Part shown: positions 62,306 through 64,000 of the stretch, in pieces
Numbering within the stretch: the first letter of the stretch is position 1
Layout of the letters: each line of letters begins with the position of its first letter
Assembly: GCA_904063045.1 (NCBI GenBank)
Contig: CAJFCJ010000004.1
Span: 1,915,713-1,979,712, forward strand
DNA length: 64,000 bases
Reading direction: 5' to 3'
Source of the DNA: Dimorphilus gyrociliatus
Taxonomy: Eukaryota > Animalia > Annelida
Translations under genes and position numbers: made by a program
Notes under the pieces: model-generated
Seen by the model: the letters and a program-made list of their open reading frames with translations, nothing else
The model's database searches: none
What the model was told of the DNA's origin: nothing

Positions 62306-63524
62306 ACATAAACAACACTAAGTAGCATTTCTCTTAGAAGCTTAAGCAAATAATAAACTTTACCTTTATCTACTAATTATTTTGAAAGGGGTAAAAATTT
62401 AAATATCACAAGTATACTTTTTCACTGGAAACGAAGATGGATTAGATGGATCGATTTTGTATCGCTTAAAGGTTAATAGTTACTTTTGCTAGAAATACTA
62501 CTGATAAAAGCTTGTGGGATTATTAGAATTTTTCGTAATCGATATCTCAGTATTAGTTACCAATATGCTCTTCCCAATAGACTCAAATCCCTGCCAGAAA
62601 TCATATATCGTATCGGCTCAAGCCTTATTAATATATGAGACTATTATATAAAGCAGGAAATATTAGTTTATACTAATAGATTATACGCTGATATGTTTCG
62701 TTTATAGCTTTTCTCTGTAAAAGCTTTCTATTTTTTACTTTTGTTTTTGTTGGAAGAAAAAAAAACAAAAAGCAAATAACCTTCATAACACTTTGAACAC
62801 GAACACCAACTCTCGCTATCTTTCTCATATCGCTTCGCCTTTTTCTTCTTTCTATAGTAATAAACTGATGCCCCTATACACAAAAGTAACAGCAAGGCTG
62901 AGATCGGTAAAGCTACGAGTAACGGAAGGGACATTTTATACGGTCCATTTGACCCATAATGGCCGTTATATTTCCACGGAAAAGTATCGATTACGTCCTC
63001 TTTTTCGTTACATCTAAACCTGTCCCACGTCTGATGGTATAAACAACACATCGCCTTTTTTTTAAACTGACAGCAGCAATAGTCGATTTGGGGTTTGTAG
63101 GATGCTACTCTGCACTCGTGTGTATACAATCCATCAGCGTAAGATTGAATATCGCATTTTCCGCCTGGTGATATTGCATGAAGTGAATTTTCTGTCACTG
63201 TCATCAAAGAAATAAAGAAAAAAAATCTTTTTTATTATAGAATGTAGTTGCATCTCAACCGTTAAATATATAGCCAATATATAATCCGATAAATAGACTG
63301 ATGAAAAATAGTTCTGATTCATTCAATACAATTTTATTTAAATATTTATTAGAAAAACTTCAATACTATTGAATTTCATTTCCACTTAATTGAATTTTTT
63401 TCTTTCTTTATCCTTTATTCGTTTTAAAAGTACTTTTCGATCTTATCCTTATTTAACATTCAATCTTCGCTGCTTTATAAATATTCAGTAGCAATATAAA
63501 AACACCGACTATTCTAAAATTCAT
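61759..63524 (-). CDS. Shisa/VOPP1/WBP1-like single-pass membrane protein (three exons)
   Basis: Exons 63458-63524 (signal-like, tentative), 62781-63197 and 61759-62126 join in frame (phase 1,1). Small Cys-rich ectodomain (C...C...YCCC...CC...C), TM LLVALPISALLLLLCIGASVYYY, and a tail with RPTAPP and LPPPLYEEV. Confidence 0.75.
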
Positions 63525-64000
63525 TATACCCTACCAACTAATTAATTTTTCTTTATTCTCATTTTAAAAACGTTTCTTTTCAATTTTCAAATAATTAAAG
63601 AAGCAAAAATTGAAAGACTATTGAAAAACAAAACTATCTATAATTTATTTAGAACTATATATTGAATTATTCAACTTCTATTTTTCATCAACATTTTGAA
63701 CAGTTCAATTTTCATTAAAAAATAAGGGAGGAAAGTGGGGATAAAGCAACCGTACAAAATGTAAGGGAAAGAAGCGAGATAAAAAGCGAAAAAACAAACA
63801 AAATAATAAACTTTAAGTATCTTATAAAATTATGTTAGTTAATCAGGAAATTAATAATTCATTGTGTTATTGCTATAATCACGATGACTGTAATCAATAT
63901 TGGACTGAGAAGGTTAGAGAAAAGAAAAGGAATAAAAAAAGAAACAAGAGGCTACAAATGAAAAATAACTAATAATAACAATTAGGAGAAATCTTTCGGT

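Overview
This is eukaryotic, AT-rich DNA (roughly 70% AT by eye) with very short GT-AG introns (mostly about 50-70 nt), so the ORF track fragments most genes and misses some. Gene content (antistasin modules, NKY-like neuropeptide, Barx, gustatory-receptor-like gene, expanded atypical nAChRs) points to a lophotrochozoan, plausibly a compact-genome annelid; this is inference. By manual splicing I reconstruct, left to right: the 3' end of a receptor PTP, SELENBP1, TMEM129, RAPGEF1/C3G (5' end unresolved), a hidden six-exon MS4A/CD20-like tetraspan gene, and a large secreted protein (signal peptide, lysozyme/transglycosylase-like domain, VWA, beta-rich domain, 20 EGF, chitin-binding CBM14). That gene carries a Barx-like homeobox gene on the same strand inside its first intron. 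Then follow a gustatory-receptor-like gene, three tandem non-alpha nAChR-like genes, a defective Tc1 transposon, an NKY-like neuropeptide precursor, a membrane-anchored Kunitz/antistasin protein, a small PxIxIT-bearing ORF and a Shisa/VOPP1-like protein with PTAP and PPxY motifs. The strongest candidates for new biology are (1) the nAChR-like trio, which lacks loop-C cysteines and the 9' leucine gate, has a hybrid P-D-R filter and sits beside a GRL, and (2) the lysozyme-like/VWA/EGF/chitin-binding protein with its nested homeobox gene. No tRNA, rRNA or CRISPR features were recognised. All family assignments are from motif recognition, not database searches.
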